This document shows positions 29,719-40,614 of a DNA stretch of 64,000 bases, in pieces. Each line of letters begins with the position of its first letter. Within the stretch, counting starts at the first letter, position 1. A program made the position numbers and the translations under genes. This DNA comes from Methanoregula sp. (lineage in GTDB: Archaea > Halobacteriota > Methanomicrobia > Methanomicrobiales > Methanospirillaceae): the NCBI GenBank assembly GCA_039698055.1, contig JBDKTL010000043.1, positions 1-64,000 on the forward strand. Reading direction: 5' to 3'. Below the pieces are notes generated by a model, which was not told the origin of the DNA, made no database searches, and saw nothing but the letters and a program-made list of their open reading frames with translations.

Positions 29719-32259
29719 TCAGGGTTTTGTCTCATCCGTAAACCGGTACGCCCCTTTGGGCACTGCAATCTCGAACCGGGCGCCTTTTCCGGGCGTTCCG
29801 TTTTCAGCGATCGCGATACCGGTAATGGAAAGGATTTCCCGGGTGAGAAACAGCCCAAGGCCGGTATTTTCCCCAAATCCCTTCTCAAAGATATGGTTTT
29901 TGTCGGCAGCCAGCACTCCCCTGCCATTATCCTCGCACGAGATGACAAGATTGCCCTCTGCCGTATGCACGGAAACCGAAATTGCCGTCATCCCGCTGCC
30001 CCCGTGACGGAGGGCATTTTCGATCAGGTTGTAAAAGACCTTCTCAAAGAGCGGGTCAGCATACACTTCAAGGTCTGCACGGTCCATAATGACAGGAATT
30101 CCCCGCATGGGAAGATGGGCGGTCGCACGGGTTATGCTGTCATTGACATTCTGCCACGACGGCACCGCAACACCAAGGTCCTGGTATTCCCGGGTGAATA
30201 CAATCTGGCGATCGATTGCCGTGGCGGTTTTTTGTGCAATGGCAAGAAACCCGGCCGTTTTTTCATCCGTGATGGTTTCACCGGCAATTTCAAGAGCCCC
30301 GCGCAGTGCCGTCAGCTGGTTGATGACATCGTGCCTTGTGATGCTGGAGAGGAGATTGAGTTTTTTATTTGCGAGAATGAGCGAGTCCTGGGTTTTTTTG
30401 AGGTCAGTGATATCGGTCAGCACGTTCAAAGATGCCGGAGATCCTTCAAAATCGATCAGGGCACCGTTAAGGATCACCGAACGCCGACTCCCATCGGTCG
30501 TAAGAATATCGATTTCGTAGGGCTCTATGACTTCTCCCTGCATCCTCCTGTGCATGGCAGATAAAATTTTTTCATGATATTCAGGAGCGATAAAGGGCAG
30601 TACAGGGTGGTGCACGACGTTTTCACGGAGAACGCCAAGTCCCCGTTCACATGCCAGGTTGGCATAGAGTATCTCGCCATTTCGATGCACAAGGACATAA
30701 TCCGGCAGGTTTTCCGACAGGGTCCGGAACCGCTGCTCACTCTCCCGCAACTCATCCACGACATGCTTCTTTTCAGTGATATCGGCGATAATACAGACCG
30801 ACCGGAAATAGGCACCGTCCTTGTCTTTGAGTCCGGTGGAATTGATGCTGACATCAACGAACGCACCATCTTTTTTCACCATTTTATAGATGTTATTATA
30901 GGACGATCCCGTTGACAGGATTTTGGTAAGGCATCCCTGTGCCTTTACAATCTGGTCCGGATGGATGATCTTTGCCACCGATTGCCCGATAATCTCTGAT
31001 TTTTCATAGCCCAGCAGGTCCTTAACCCGCTCGTTACAGTCAACGATAAAACCCTGCCGGTTCACGGTGATAATCAGGTTTGCTGCCGTGTCAAAGATCG
31101 TCCGGAACTTTTCTTCGTTCTGGATGAGCGCCTCTTCTGCCCGCTTGCGCTCTGTTACATCAGAGAAGATGGTCGTGAATTCACCAGTTTTTGGACTATA
31201 GACATTTACTTCAAAATGTTTGCCAAGCTCGGAACTGAAGTTCTCAAATAACTGCTGCTCCCCGGTGAGCGCTGTTTTCCCGTACCGTTCGATCCAGACC
31301 GGCTCAAGCCCGGGGAGTACCTCAAGCGCGGTCTTTCCAAGGATATCCTCCCGTTTCAGCCCGGTCAGCCGTTCGAATGCAGGGTTAACATCCATAAACC
31401 GGTAATCGACCGGTATGCCCGCTGCATCACAGATGATTTCATGGTGGGCGAACCCGTTGAGCATGGTGGTAAAAAGCGACCGGTAATTTTCCTCGCTATG
31501 CCGCAGGGCATCTTCATCATGTTTACGTTCGGTGATATCCCGGGCCGAGGCATAGAACAGGGTGCCTTCCGAGGGATAAATTCTCCATTCAAGCCAGCGA
31601 TACGTGCCATCCCTGCAACGGTACCGGTTCACAAGATTCAGCACCGGACGATTTTTAGTCAGTTCCTCCATCGCAGCCGTCGTGCTTAGGAGATCGTCCG
31701 GATGAACAAACTCAAGAGCGGATTTCCCGATAAGTTCCTGGAGCGGGTACCCTAAAAGCCGCTCCCATTCGGGGTTCAGCTGGACGAACAACCCTGCTGT
31801 CGTCATGATAGCGTAGAAATCCAGGGAGACGACAAAAAACATTTTCATCTCCTCTCTCTGCTCGCGCAGCGCCTGTTCTGTCGTTCGTTTTTCAACAGCC
31901 GTCCGTATTTTTAAGGAAAGCTCGGCAAACTGCGCTTTGGGATCTCCGCCTTTCTGGAGGTAGAAGTCAGCACCATTCTCAAATGCTTCAATGGCAATTT
32001 CTTCGCGCCCTTTCCCGGTAAAGATGATGAACGGGATGAGCTTGTCGGTCGACCGGACGAGTTTTAAAAATTCAATGCCATTTATCCCCGGCATCTGGTA
32101 ATCGGAGACAATTGCCTGGATTTGAGTGGATTTCATCCGGTCGAGTGCGTCAGATGCGGAGAGTGCCGTCGTCACCGAGAATTCCCCGGTCATCTCCAGG
32201 AACTGTTTGCCGACATCGAGAAGTGAGGATTCATCGTCAACATAGAGAACAGGAATCAT
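29719..32259 (-). CDS. Hybrid histidine kinase (REC-4xPAS-HisKA-HATPase)
   Basis: YVDDE, SDYQMP, PAS repeats, ITRHDVINQ, NLIENA, DNGRG, TGLGL. Confidence 0.92.
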   Translation of the reverse strand: MIPVLYVDDESSLLDVGKQFLEMTGEFSVTTALSASDALDRMKSTQIQAIVSDYQMPGINGIEFLKLVRSTDKLIPFIIFTGKGREEIAIEAFENGADFYLQKGGDPKAQFAELSLKIRTAVEKRTTEQALREQREEMKMFFVVSLDFYAIMTTAGLFVQLNPEWERLLGYPLQELIGKSALEFVHPDDLLSTTAAMEELTKNRPVLNLVNRYRCRDGTYRWLEWRIYPSEGTLFYASARDITERKHDEDALRHSEENYRSLFTTMLNGFAHHEIICDAAGIPVDYRFMDVNPAFERLTGLKREDILGKTALEVLPGLEPVWIERYGKTALTGEQQLFENFSSELGKHFEVNVYSPKTGEFTTIFSDVTERKRAEEALIQNEEKFRTIFDTAANLIITVNRQGFIVDCNERVKDLLGYEKSEIIGQSVAKIIHPDQIVKAQGCLTKILSTGSSYNNIYKMVKKDGAFVDVSINSTGLKDKDGAYFRSVCIIADITEKKHVVDELRESEQRFRTLSENLPDYVLVHRNGEILYANLACERGLGVLRENVVHHPVLPFIAPEYHEKILSAMHRRMQGEVIEPYEIDILTTDGSRRSVILNGALIDFEGSPASLNVLTDITDLKKTQDSLILANKKLNLLSSITRHDVINQLTALRGALEIAGETITDEKTAGFLAIAQKTATAIDRQIVFTREYQDLGVAVPSWQNVNDSITRATAHLPMRGIPVIMDRADLEVYADPLFEKVFYNLIENALRHGGSGMTAISVSVHTAEGNLVISCEDNGRGVLAADKNHIFEKGFGENTGLGLFLTREILSITGIAIAENGTPGKGARFEIAVPKGAYRFTDETKP

Positions 32260-32273
32260 CAGGTATCTCCGTT

Positions 32274-34220
32274 TTAGGGTATCACGGGTGAAACAAACCG
32301 GTATGCCCCTTTGGGCACCATGATCTCAAACCGTGCGCCCTTTCCGGGCTCACCGTTCTCGGCGATGGTCATGCCGGAAAGGGTAAGGAATTCCCGGACA
32401 AAGAACAACCCGAATTTGCCCCCGCCGCCCACGACCCGGTCAAAAATGTGGGGTTTTTGTTCAGAGGGAATACCGACCCCGTCATCCTCGCAGATCAATA
32501 CCATTCCATCCGATGTTTCCTGGCACGAGAATGAGATGCGGGTAATTTTTTTGCCATGGTATATGGCATTGTGAATGAGGTTGTAAAACACCCGGTTGAT
32601 GAGCGGATCGGAATAAATCTCAAGCCCGCGAAGATCGCTGTCCAGGACCACCGCATCCTTCTGGCTCATGAGCGCCAACTGTGCCCGGATTGTTTGTTGA
32701 AGCGGAACCCATTGGGACTGGTCAATTCCCATCTGCTGGTAATCCTTGGTATTTTTGATCAGGTTATGAATCGCTCCAAGAACCGCTTCCTCTTTTTTGA
32801 TAAGGGCAAGCCGGTCCTGTTTGGTTACCGCGTCTTTTAAGAACCCGGCATATGCCCGGAGTCCGGTAACCTTGTTCTGGATATCCTGGTACGTCACATC
32901 GGTCATAAGGGCAAGTTTCCGGTTCGCGAGATGGATTTTCTCCTCTGCCCGTTTGCGGTCGGTGATATCCCGGACAATGGCCCACATACCTTCAGCCTGG
33001 CCGGTAGTATCCCGGATCAGGGAAGTCCGCACCTCCACCGGAACAATGGTCCCGTCCTTTTTCCGGTATTCCTTCTCGTACACATCTGAATACCCGCGCG
33101 GCAGGGTTTGGGTTTCAATGACAAAATTTTCAAACGCCTGCCATTTTTCCGGGGTCAGGTCAAGGTACGTCAGCGCGGCCAGTTCCGTATCGGAATATCC
33201 CAGCATCTCCTTAAACGAATGATTGCATTCCTGGATCCTGCCCGCCATATTGACCCGGACAAAAGCATCCATCATACTCTCGTACAGTTTCCGGTACCGG
33301 GTCCCGGACTGGCGAAGTTTTTTCTCAGCCTGTTTGCGTCCGGTGATATCCCGGAAGTACCACACCCTCCCGTAATATTTTCCAGATTCCCCCAGCATCG
33401 GGGCCGAAAACCGCTCCAGCACCCGCCCGTCTTTAGCGAAGATCTCCTCAAAACTCTTCTCGTCTTTATGATCGTAGAGGTGCCTGACCCGGAGAAGGAA
33501 CGCATCGGGATCGACGAGTTGTTCCCCGACGTGCTGCAGCAGGGGTTCATCAATATGGGATACAAGCAGGGTATCGGGAACACCCCACATCTCAATAAAT
33601 TTCTGGTTATAACTGAGGATATTCCCGTTTTCATCCACGATGAGAATCCCATCAAGGGCGGTTTCCTGTTGCGTTGACAGGATGACATTTTTAAACCGCA
33701 TCTCTTCTTCCACCCGCTTTCGTTCAGAGATTTCTCCCTCAAGTTCCCTCATTTTCTTTTCCAGTTTGTGGAACAATACTGCATTGTACAGCCGAAGTTC
33801 CTCCATCTCTTCACCTTGAGATTTTACCGGGGAGCCGGGTGTTGTGTGTCGTGCTTTTTCCAGAACTTCGCGCACCGCCTGCACGAGGACTTCAGGCTTT
33901 TGTGGTTTAACCATGAACCGCTCTGCGCCAAGGCTGAGGGCAAACTGCTCATCCTTTGGGTCAGTATACGTCGCGGTATAGAATATGAAGGGAATCGTAG
34001 TGAGCCGCTCCTCTGCTTTCCACTTCCGGCAGAGCTCAAAACCGTCCATGACCGGCATAAGGATGTCGGCAATAATAAGGTCGGGTGGATTTTTCAATGC
34101 GGCATCCAGAGCTTCGGCACCATTCCGGGCTAATATTACTTCAAACTGGTGCCCTTTCAGGATCGACTCCAGCAGGTACAGGTTCTGCGGGTTGTCGTCG
34201 GCGATAAGAATTCTCGTCAT
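32274..34220 (-). CDS. REC-PAS-PAS-HATPase kinase-like protein lacking the phospho-acceptor His
   Basis: ADDN, DILMPVMDG; H-box reads VTYQDIQNK. Confidence 0.85.
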   Translation of the reverse strand: MTRILIADDNPQNLYLLESILKGHQFEVILARNGAEALDAALKNPPDLIIADILMPVMDGFELCRKWKAEERLTTIPFIFYTATYTDPKDEQFALSLGAERFMVKPQKPEVLVQAVREVLEKARHTTPGSPVKSQGEEMEELRLYNAVLFHKLEKKMRELEGEISERKRVEEEMRFKNVILSTQQETALDGILIVDENGNILSYNQKFIEMWGVPDTLLVSHIDEPLLQHVGEQLVDPDAFLLRVRHLYDHKDEKSFEEIFAKDGRVLERFSAPMLGESGKYYGRVWYFRDITGRKQAEKKLRQSGTRYRKLYESMMDAFVRVNMAGRIQECNHSFKEMLGYSDTELAALTYLDLTPEKWQAFENFVIETQTLPRGYSDVYEKEYRKKDGTIVPVEVRTSLIRDTTGQAEGMWAIVRDITDRKRAEEKIHLANRKLALMTDVTYQDIQNKVTGLRAYAGFLKDAVTKQDRLALIKKEEAVLGAIHNLIKNTKDYQQMGIDQSQWVPLQQTIRAQLALMSQKDAVVLDSDLRGLEIYSDPLINRVFYNLIHNAIYHGKKITRISFSCQETSDGMVLICEDDGVGIPSEQKPHIFDRVVGGGGKFGLFFVREFLTLSGMTIAENGEPGKGARFEIMVPKGAYRFVSPVIP

Positions 34221-34609
34221 CCACTTCCATCCCCTGTTGTTTCGGGCGACAGGTAGTGCTCGATCTGCCCGGTAAATGTTTTCGGGTTGATGGGTTTTTC
34301 GATATAACCGGTGCATCCTGCCGCAAGCGCTTTCTCGCGATCGCCTGCCATCGCGTAGGAGGTCAGGGCGACTATGGGAGTTGCAGCCAGTTCAGGGCGC
34401 GTACGAATTTCGCGGGCTGTCGCGTACCCGTCCATGACCGGAAGCTGGATATCGAGCAGGATAATACGGGGGAGGGTTGCAGCGGCAAGATCGATGCCTT
34501 CCTGTCCGTCCCGGGCCCTGATGACCTCGTAGCCTTTCGCACCAAGTATGAAGCTGACCAGGTAGAAGTTCTGGTCATTGTCTTCGATATACAGAATTTT
34601 TGTGTTCAT
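34217..34609 (-). CDS. Single-domain response regulator (DivK/CheY-like)
   Basis: [23 protein letters not shown]. Confidence 0.92.
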   Translation of the reverse strand: MNTKILYIEDNDQNFYLVSFILGAKGYEVIRARDGQEGIDLAAATLPRIILLDIQLPVMDGYATAREIRTRPELAATPIVALTSYAMAGDREKALAAGCTGYIEKPINPKTFTGQIEHYLSPETTGDGSG

Positions 34610-36519
34610 GGTATGCTCCCTTCAGCAGGCAGGATGACACTAAACGTGCTTCCTTTGCCCGGTTCACTTTCTACTCCTATAGTACCACCCATCAGACCCA
34701 CGAGCTTGCGGGAGATGGAGAGCCCGAGCCCGGTACCGTCATGCTGCCGGGTCAACCCGTCATCTACCTGCCTGAATGGTCTGAACAGCTTATCCAGATC
34801 CATCTTGTTAATCCCGATACCCGTATCAATTACCCGAATCACTACCTTCTCCCCTTGCTGCAAGCACTCGATCCTGACGCGTCCCTTATCGGTAAACTTG
34901 ATCGCGTTGCTCATAAGGTTAAGAACGATCTGTTCGACGCGCCGGGAATCGCCCCGGATCATTCCCACACCGGGGGCAATCTCCAGTTCAAGCGGGAGGT
35001 GTTTTTTATCGGCCAGCGGCTTCATGATCCGGACAACTTTTTCAAGCACGGACTCAACGTTTACCGGTTCATTTGCGATCTTGAGCTGCCCGGCCTCGAT
35101 CTTCGAGAGGTCCAGCACATCGTTGATCAGGGAAAGCAGGTGTTCCGAGCTTTCGGACACCATGCCCAGTTGTTTTTTCTGTTCATCATTTAAGGGGCCT
35201 GCCAGTTCCTGGAGAAGAATGCCCGAGAACCCGATAATGGAGTTGAGCGGGGTGCGCAATTCGTGCGACATGGTGGCCAGGAATGCCGACTTGAGCTGGT
35301 CGGCAGACTCGGCAGCTTCTTTTGCCGTGGCCAGTTCCCGGGTGCGGTGGGCAACAATCTCTTCGAGATGGTCGCGATAGGCTTCAAGCTCGGCAAGCGC
35401 ATTATTCCGCTCCTGTTTTTCGGTCTGTATCTTTTCAACCATCGCCTTGAACGAAGAGGCAAGGCTCCCGATCTCACCTGCTCCCCCGGTACTGATCTCC
35501 TGGTCGAGGTTGCCGGTCTCTGCAATCTTCCTGCTAACTTCCGTCAGGCGGGAAAGCGGCCGGATCACGGTGCGATTGAGGACGATAAGGGTAAAGCCAC
35601 TGAGCAGGACAAGGGCGAGCAGAACAAACAGCAGGATCCGCTGGATGGATTCGTTGAATCGCTGTTCGATGGTACTGAAGGGAACAAACGTGCCAATCTT
35701 CCAGCCAAGTTCCGGGGAGGTGTAATACATCAGGTACGTCCCGTTAAGAACCAGCACGCCTTCCTTTGTTGCAAGAAACACGGGGGTCCGGTCACCAAGG
35801 ATATCGCTGATGTTGCCAAAGAGGCGGGAGGAATCGCCGGTCGCAAGGATCGTGCCCTTCTGGTCTGTGAGGATCATCTCCCCGCCGTTGATGCTCCCGA
35901 CCGTGGAGATGTAACTGGTCAGATTGACAAGGGTGATATCGGCGCCCACGACCCCAATCATTGTCCCGTTCTGGTCAAGAAGGGGGGTGACGATCCCGAT
36001 GTTCACATCCGGTGTCGTGACCGCCCGGTACGGGTCTGTCACGGTCACCTGCCCCGGGTGTTCTTTTGCGAGGATGTACCATGGGCGCTCACGGGGATCG
36101 TATGCCGTAGGCAGCCGGGGATACGATCGGACAAATGCCCCGTTTTCCCGGCCCATGTACACCGAACTGACGTATGGGTGCGAGGTCTGGTAATCCCGGA
36201 GGATATTGATAATCGCCTGTTCCTTATCGCCAACAGAAGGGTTGAAATTCCCTCCAGAGGCATTCAGGAAATTCGTAAAACTGGCATCGTCCCTTGTCTG
36301 GATATTATCGTTAAGCGACAGGGCAAGGACATCGTATTTTGCTTCCCCGATAAAATTGGAGAGGGCAAAATCGATGTGCCTGAGCTGGTTGATGGAATCC
36401 CTAGAGATGGTATCAAGGTTTTGCTGCTGGAGGGTTGTCGGGAGCACACCCCCGATAAGGACCAGTACCAGTACGGCAATGAGCAGGTAGATCAGCAGGA
36501 CCCTTGACTGGAGTTTCAT
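34606..36519 (-). CDS. Membrane sensor histidine kinase (dCache-HAMP-HisKA-HATPase)
   Basis: 2 [11 protein letters not shown] Cache motif, [26 protein letters not shown]. Confidence 0.93.
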   Translation of the reverse strand: MKLQSRVLLIYLLIAVLVLVLIGGVLPTTLQQQNLDTISRDSINQLRHIDFALSNFIGEAKYDVLALSLNDNIQTRDDASFTNFLNASGGNFNPSVGDKEQAIINILRDYQTSHPYVSSVYMGRENGAFVRSYPRLPTAYDPRERPWYILAKEHPGQVTVTDPYRAVTTPDVNIGIVTPLLDQNGTMIGVVGADITLVNLTSYISTVGSINGGEMILTDQKGTILATGDSSRLFGNISDILGDRTPVFLATKEGVLVLNGTYLMYYTSPELGWKIGTFVPFSTIEQRFNESIQRILLFVLLALVLLSGFTLIVLNRTVIRPLSRLTEVSRKIAETGNLDQEISTGGAGEIGSLASSFKAMVEKIQTEKQERNNALAELEAYRDHLEEIVAHRTRELATAKEAAESADQLKSAFLATMSHELRTPLNSIIGFSGILLQELAGPLNDEQKKQLGMVSESSEHLLSLINDVLDLSKIEAGQLKIANEPVNVESVLEKVVRIMKPLADKKHLPLELEIAPGVGMIRGDSRRVEQIVLNLMSNAIKFTDKGRVRIECLQQGEKVVIRVIDTGIGINKMDLDKLFRPFRQVDDGLTRQHDGTGLGLSISRKLVGLMGGTIGVESEPGKGSTFSVILPAEGSIP

Positions 36520-36958
36520 CAGTATGCGGTCATTGGTATTGAATGAATTTAATAATATGCGTATTTTTTAAATGGGGTTCAATATTCGGTTGGAATGGCA
36601 TTGGTTATCCCGGAGAACGGGAAGATACATGCCCGTAAAGCCCGGGCCAAATACTATACAAACGAAGGGAAGGATACGAGGGCTATCATAAGGCACGGTG
36701 CCATTATGCCCGCACCGCTGAATTGCGGGCGATGGAAACCAGAAAACGGGTGAATCATCGGAAAATATCGTGAGAAATCCTGGATATCGGGACCCGGTGG
36801 AGAAACTGGCACAAAAAAAGAGGTTTGTCGACCACGTCTATCCTAGTGGCTGTATTGCTGCTGACATGGATTGTTGATCTTTGATAAATGCCGTCAGGTT
36901 TTGTGGAAATGGTTACAGGAATGAGGTGTAAGCCATGAACGGGGAGGGAGGTCATCCC

Positions 36959-39900
36959 TTATTTCCCATCGGTAAAACGGTACGCTCCTTTGGGCAGCGT
37001 GATCTCAAACCGGGCGCCTTTGCCCGGCTCACCATTTTCGGTGATGGCCATGCCGGAAAGGGTAAGGAATTCCCGGGCAAAGAACAACCCGAATTTGCCC
37101 CCGCCGCCCACGACCCGGTCAAAAATGTGGGGTTTTTGTTCAGCGGGAATACCGATCCCGTCATCCTCGCAGACCACAACCAGTCCCTCAGGGGTTTCCT
37201 GCCAGCCAAAGGAGACCCGGGTAATTTTTTTTCCATGGTGCAGGGCATTATGGATAAGGTTGTAAAACACCCGCTCGATGAGCGGATCGGCGTAGATCTC
37301 AAGCCCGTTCACGTCATTATGCACAACCACATTATCCTTCTGGCTCATGAGCGACCACTGGACCCGGATGATCTGTTCAAGCAGCATCCAGCGGGATTGA
37401 TCAATTCCCATCTGCTGGTAATCCTTGGTATTTTTTATCAGGCGCTGGATCGTGGCCAGTACCTTGTCCTCTTTAGTGATGAGGGAAAGCCGGTCCTGTT
37501 CATTTGCCGCTTCATTCATGAGCCCGGCATAGGCCCGGAGTCCGGTGACCTTATTCTGGATATCCTGGTACGTGATATCGGTCATAAGGGCAAGTTTCCG
37601 GTTCGTGAGCCGGGTCCTTTCTTCATCCTTTTTACGTTCGGTAATATCTTCGGAAATTCCCAGTAAATATTTTGGTTTCCCCTCTTCATCCACGAGGGGA
37701 ATTTTCTTGGTATGGAGGATTCTTTCCCCTAAGGAACGGGTATATACTTTATCCTCGGGAATATCCACCAGTTGATTCCTGATAAGGACCTCCCGGTCCT
37801 TTTCGGTAAAAGACTCAGCCTCGGTTTTCGGGAAGAAGTCATAGTCATTTTTCCCCACCATATCTTCCCGTGAATAGCCGAGAAGATTTTCACCCGCTGT
37901 ATTCAGCCGCACATAGCGAAGGTCCGCTGCATCCTTTACGAAGATCATGTCAGGGATGTGTTCGACAATATTGTCGAGGAACTGTTCGCTCTGCCGGAGT
38001 GCGGATTCTGCCCGTTTGGCAGCAGTCACATCCCGGATCGTATGGACAAAGCCGGTGAGTTGTTCCTGTTCGCCAAAAATGGGATCGACCGTTACATCGA
38101 ACCATTTGTCACCGGTATTGAATACCATCTCTTCCCGGTGGTGGGACTGTTTCAGCCGCATAATCGGGCAATCGGGTATGGCTGTCGTTGTTCCATGGAC
38201 GATCTCCCAGCATTGCCTGCCGATGAGTTCATCTTCAGATCTCAGGTTGAAAAGATCCAGCATTGCCTGGTTACACTGGACAATCTTCTGGTCGGCACCA
38301 AGCAGGCAGATAGCATCGTTTGTTGCTCCAAAGGTCGTCTTCCACTGAATGAGCGCATCCCTCAATGCCACTTCCACGGCTTTGCGTTCGGTGATATCCT
38401 GGATGACACCGATAATCTTTACTACGGCACCGGAATCATCGTCAATGACCCGCCCGGTCCCGTAGATTGTGCGGATTGTTCCATCCGGGCGGATGAGCCG
38501 GTACTCTTCCGGCGGGTAATAGTGAGCGGTTATTGCCCCGGCGAGGACCTGGTCATGCAGATCCAGGTCATCGGGATGGATTCGCTCCCGGATTTTTTCC
38601 AGTTTAAGATCGAACTGCCCGGGTTCATAGCCAAAGATCCGGTAGGTCTCATCCGACCAGGTAATGACATTCCCGACAAGGTCGTACTGCCAGCTCCCGA
38701 CATGAGCAATTGACTGTGCCTGGGACAGATCTTCATTCATTTCCCTGATGAGAAGTTCTTCCTGTTTCCGTTGGGTGATGTCAAGAGTAACACCCCGCAT
38801 GCGAACCGCTTTGCCGGATTCGTCATAATCGCCCCGCCCGATCGCGGATATCCAACGAACCGTTTTATCAGGCCAGACAGCGCGGTATTCGGTATTATAA
38901 TCGGTCTGTTCCTCCAGTGCCTGACGAACGGCACAATCGGTCTGTTCCCGGTCGCCGGGATGCAGCGCGGACAGGAAAATTTCATACGTTATGGGCTCGC
39001 CCGGGGGCAGGCCGAACATGGTTTTACCTTCACCAGACATTGTCAGCTCTCCCGATTCCAGGTCCCAGTCCCATGTTCCCAGCCGGCTCGCGATGATGGC
39101 AAGCCGGAGTTGTGCCTCGCTCTTTTTGAGGGCAGTCTCAACGGTTCGTCTTTTTTGGTTGGCACTGTCGATGGCAGTACCAACAGTCGCGGATGCTCTC
39201 CCGACAACGTAGGTCGTGATGATAGTGATTGTCACGAGAAATAGCGCCATAGTTAACGCTGTATTCAATTTATAAACCGGGAACAACGTCACCGTCAGGA
39301 AATTTTCAACGAAGATGAGGATGATTACGAGGGGCACAAACGTCCGCAGGAGATGGGATTTTGTCGAATTTCCCATAAACCAGGCAAGAGGGAAAGATTT
39401 TGGACCGGCCGTGGAAATCAGTCCCGCACCGAGGAGGAGCAATGCAATCGTGGATGCCGGGGCAATGGGAAGAATCGGGGTTCCATACAGGAAGGGGATG
39501 CCATAGATATAGCTCAGCAGGAAGGTAATACTGATGAGAAAAACAAACAGGCCAAGGATGCCGGCTGCATTTTTCATGCGCTGTACCTGGTCCCGTGACC
39601 CGGTAACGTACACAAGGAAAAACATCGCAAACGATGTGGGGATAATAAGTCCCGCAGCAACCGGGGATATGGGGGTGGTGGGATTTGCAAGGATGACATT
39701 CCCGATCTGGTACATCCATACCTCAGCCGCGAAGTGTTGTCCCAGCACTTCGAGGGGAAATTCAATGAGCGAGAAGATGGCAATGACAGCAATCACGGCG
39801 AGGATGCATGACCGTAGTACGCCACGGAACGGTTTTTTCGCGTGGAATGCAAGGATCAGGCCAAAGAGGATCCATATTATTGCAGCGGAAAATGCAATGG

Positions 39901-40087
39901 TCTTATACCCCGGATACAAAAAAGCATACACCGGAAGGTTTACGTGTATGCTGGCAAGTTCCAGGATGCTGATAAGCACCGCACCGATCCCAAAGATCGC
40001 CGCCAGTTGCTGACAGGCAGGATCGCTGATCACGGTCCCGCCGTTTTCCGGCATATCGTGAGCACGCATTTCAGGCATGACGGTCAT
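36959..40087 (-). CDS. Multi-TM, multi-PAS kinase-like protein lacking the phospho-acceptor His
   Basis: About 8 TM, 4 PAS, ITYQDIQNK, HATPase nearly identical to that of 32274-34220. Confidence 0.85.
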   Translation of the reverse strand: MTVMPEMRAHDMPENGGTVISDPACQQLAAIFGIGAVLISILELASIHVNLPVYAFLYPGYKTIAFSAAIIWILFGLILAFHAKKPFRGVLRSCILAVIAVIAIFSLIEFPLEVLGQHFAAEVWMYQIGNVILANPTTPISPVAAGLIIPTSFAMFFLVYVTGSRDQVQRMKNAAGILGLFVFLISITFLLSYIYGIPFLYGTPILPIAPASTIALLLLGAGLISTAGPKSFPLAWFMGNSTKSHLLRTFVPLVIILIFVENFLTVTLFPVYKLNTALTMALFLVTITIITTYVVGRASATVGTAIDSANQKRRTVETALKKSEAQLRLAIIASRLGTWDWDLESGELTMSGEGKTMFGLPPGEPITYEIFLSALHPGDREQTDCAVRQALEEQTDYNTEYRAVWPDKTVRWISAIGRGDYDESGKAVRMRGVTLDITQRKQEELLIREMNEDLSQAQSIAHVGSWQYDLVGNVITWSDETYRIFGYEPGQFDLKLEKIRERIHPDDLDLHDQVLAGAITAHYYPPEEYRLIRPDGTIRTIYGTGRVIDDDSGAVVKIIGVIQDITERKAVEVALRDALIQWKTTFGATNDAICLLGADQKIVQCNQAMLDLFNLRSEDELIGRQCWEIVHGTTTAIPDCPIMRLKQSHHREEMVFNTGDKWFDVTVDPIFGEQEQLTGFVHTIRDVTAAKRAESALRQSEQFLDNIVEHIPDMIFVKDAADLRYVRLNTAGENLLGYSREDMVGKNDYDFFPKTEAESFTEKDREVLIRNQLVDIPEDKVYTRSLGERILHTKKIPLVDEEGKPKYLLGISEDITERKKDEERTRLTNRKLALMTDITYQDIQNKVTGLRAYAGLMNEAANEQDRLSLITKEDKVLATIQRLIKNTKDYQQMGIDQSRWMLLEQIIRVQWSLMSQKDNVVVHNDVNGLEIYADPLIERVFYNLIHNALHHGKKITRVSFGWQETPEGLVVVCEDDGIGIPAEQKPHIFDRVVGGGGKFGLFFAREFLTLSGMAITENGEPGKGARFEITLPKGAYRFTDGK

Positions 40088-40614
40088 CCTCCGTGACGTT
40101 AATTTTTATTGGTTTTCCTGAACCGCTGGTTTCTCTCCCAAAGATAATCGCCGGCGCCGAAAAGCCGGAAAAAATATCCGGCATCACCTGGGTTTTAGGG
40201 CAGCTGCGGGTGATCGAAGCGGACAGTGCGGGAATCGCTTCACATTTGTTTTTCGGCTGAGGGAACATTGTGCCGACACCAGGGAGTTCCTGTCCGGCGT
40301 CGGGTAGGGATATCGTATCGATCAACTTCACGGAATTCGTGGTATTCCAACGACAAATTTACTTCAGGTTACTTATAGGTTTCTCCCGGCTGTTCCGGGG
40401 CATGAAGATAGCAATCGATGTACTGGTACCGGTGATAAAAAATGCCGTCGCGTCTTTATCCGGGGATGACGGGGACTTTTCCGGCAGAGGTTATGCGTTA
40501 CTTTTTCCATATGAGGCAGAGAAAAGGTATGCGCGAACCCGCACGTACAGGGTAAACGGGGCAGAATAAGGTTTAAAACGGGGATATGCCTGTTTTGCGG
40601 GGCGATAAAAAAAA

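Noticed and set aside
34256-36507. Long plus-strand ORFs (374 aa, 414 aa) and similar antisense ORFs over ftsZ, ileS and the radical SAM/DHH genes
   Set aside because: Shadow frames of GC-rich genes on the opposite strand; no motifs
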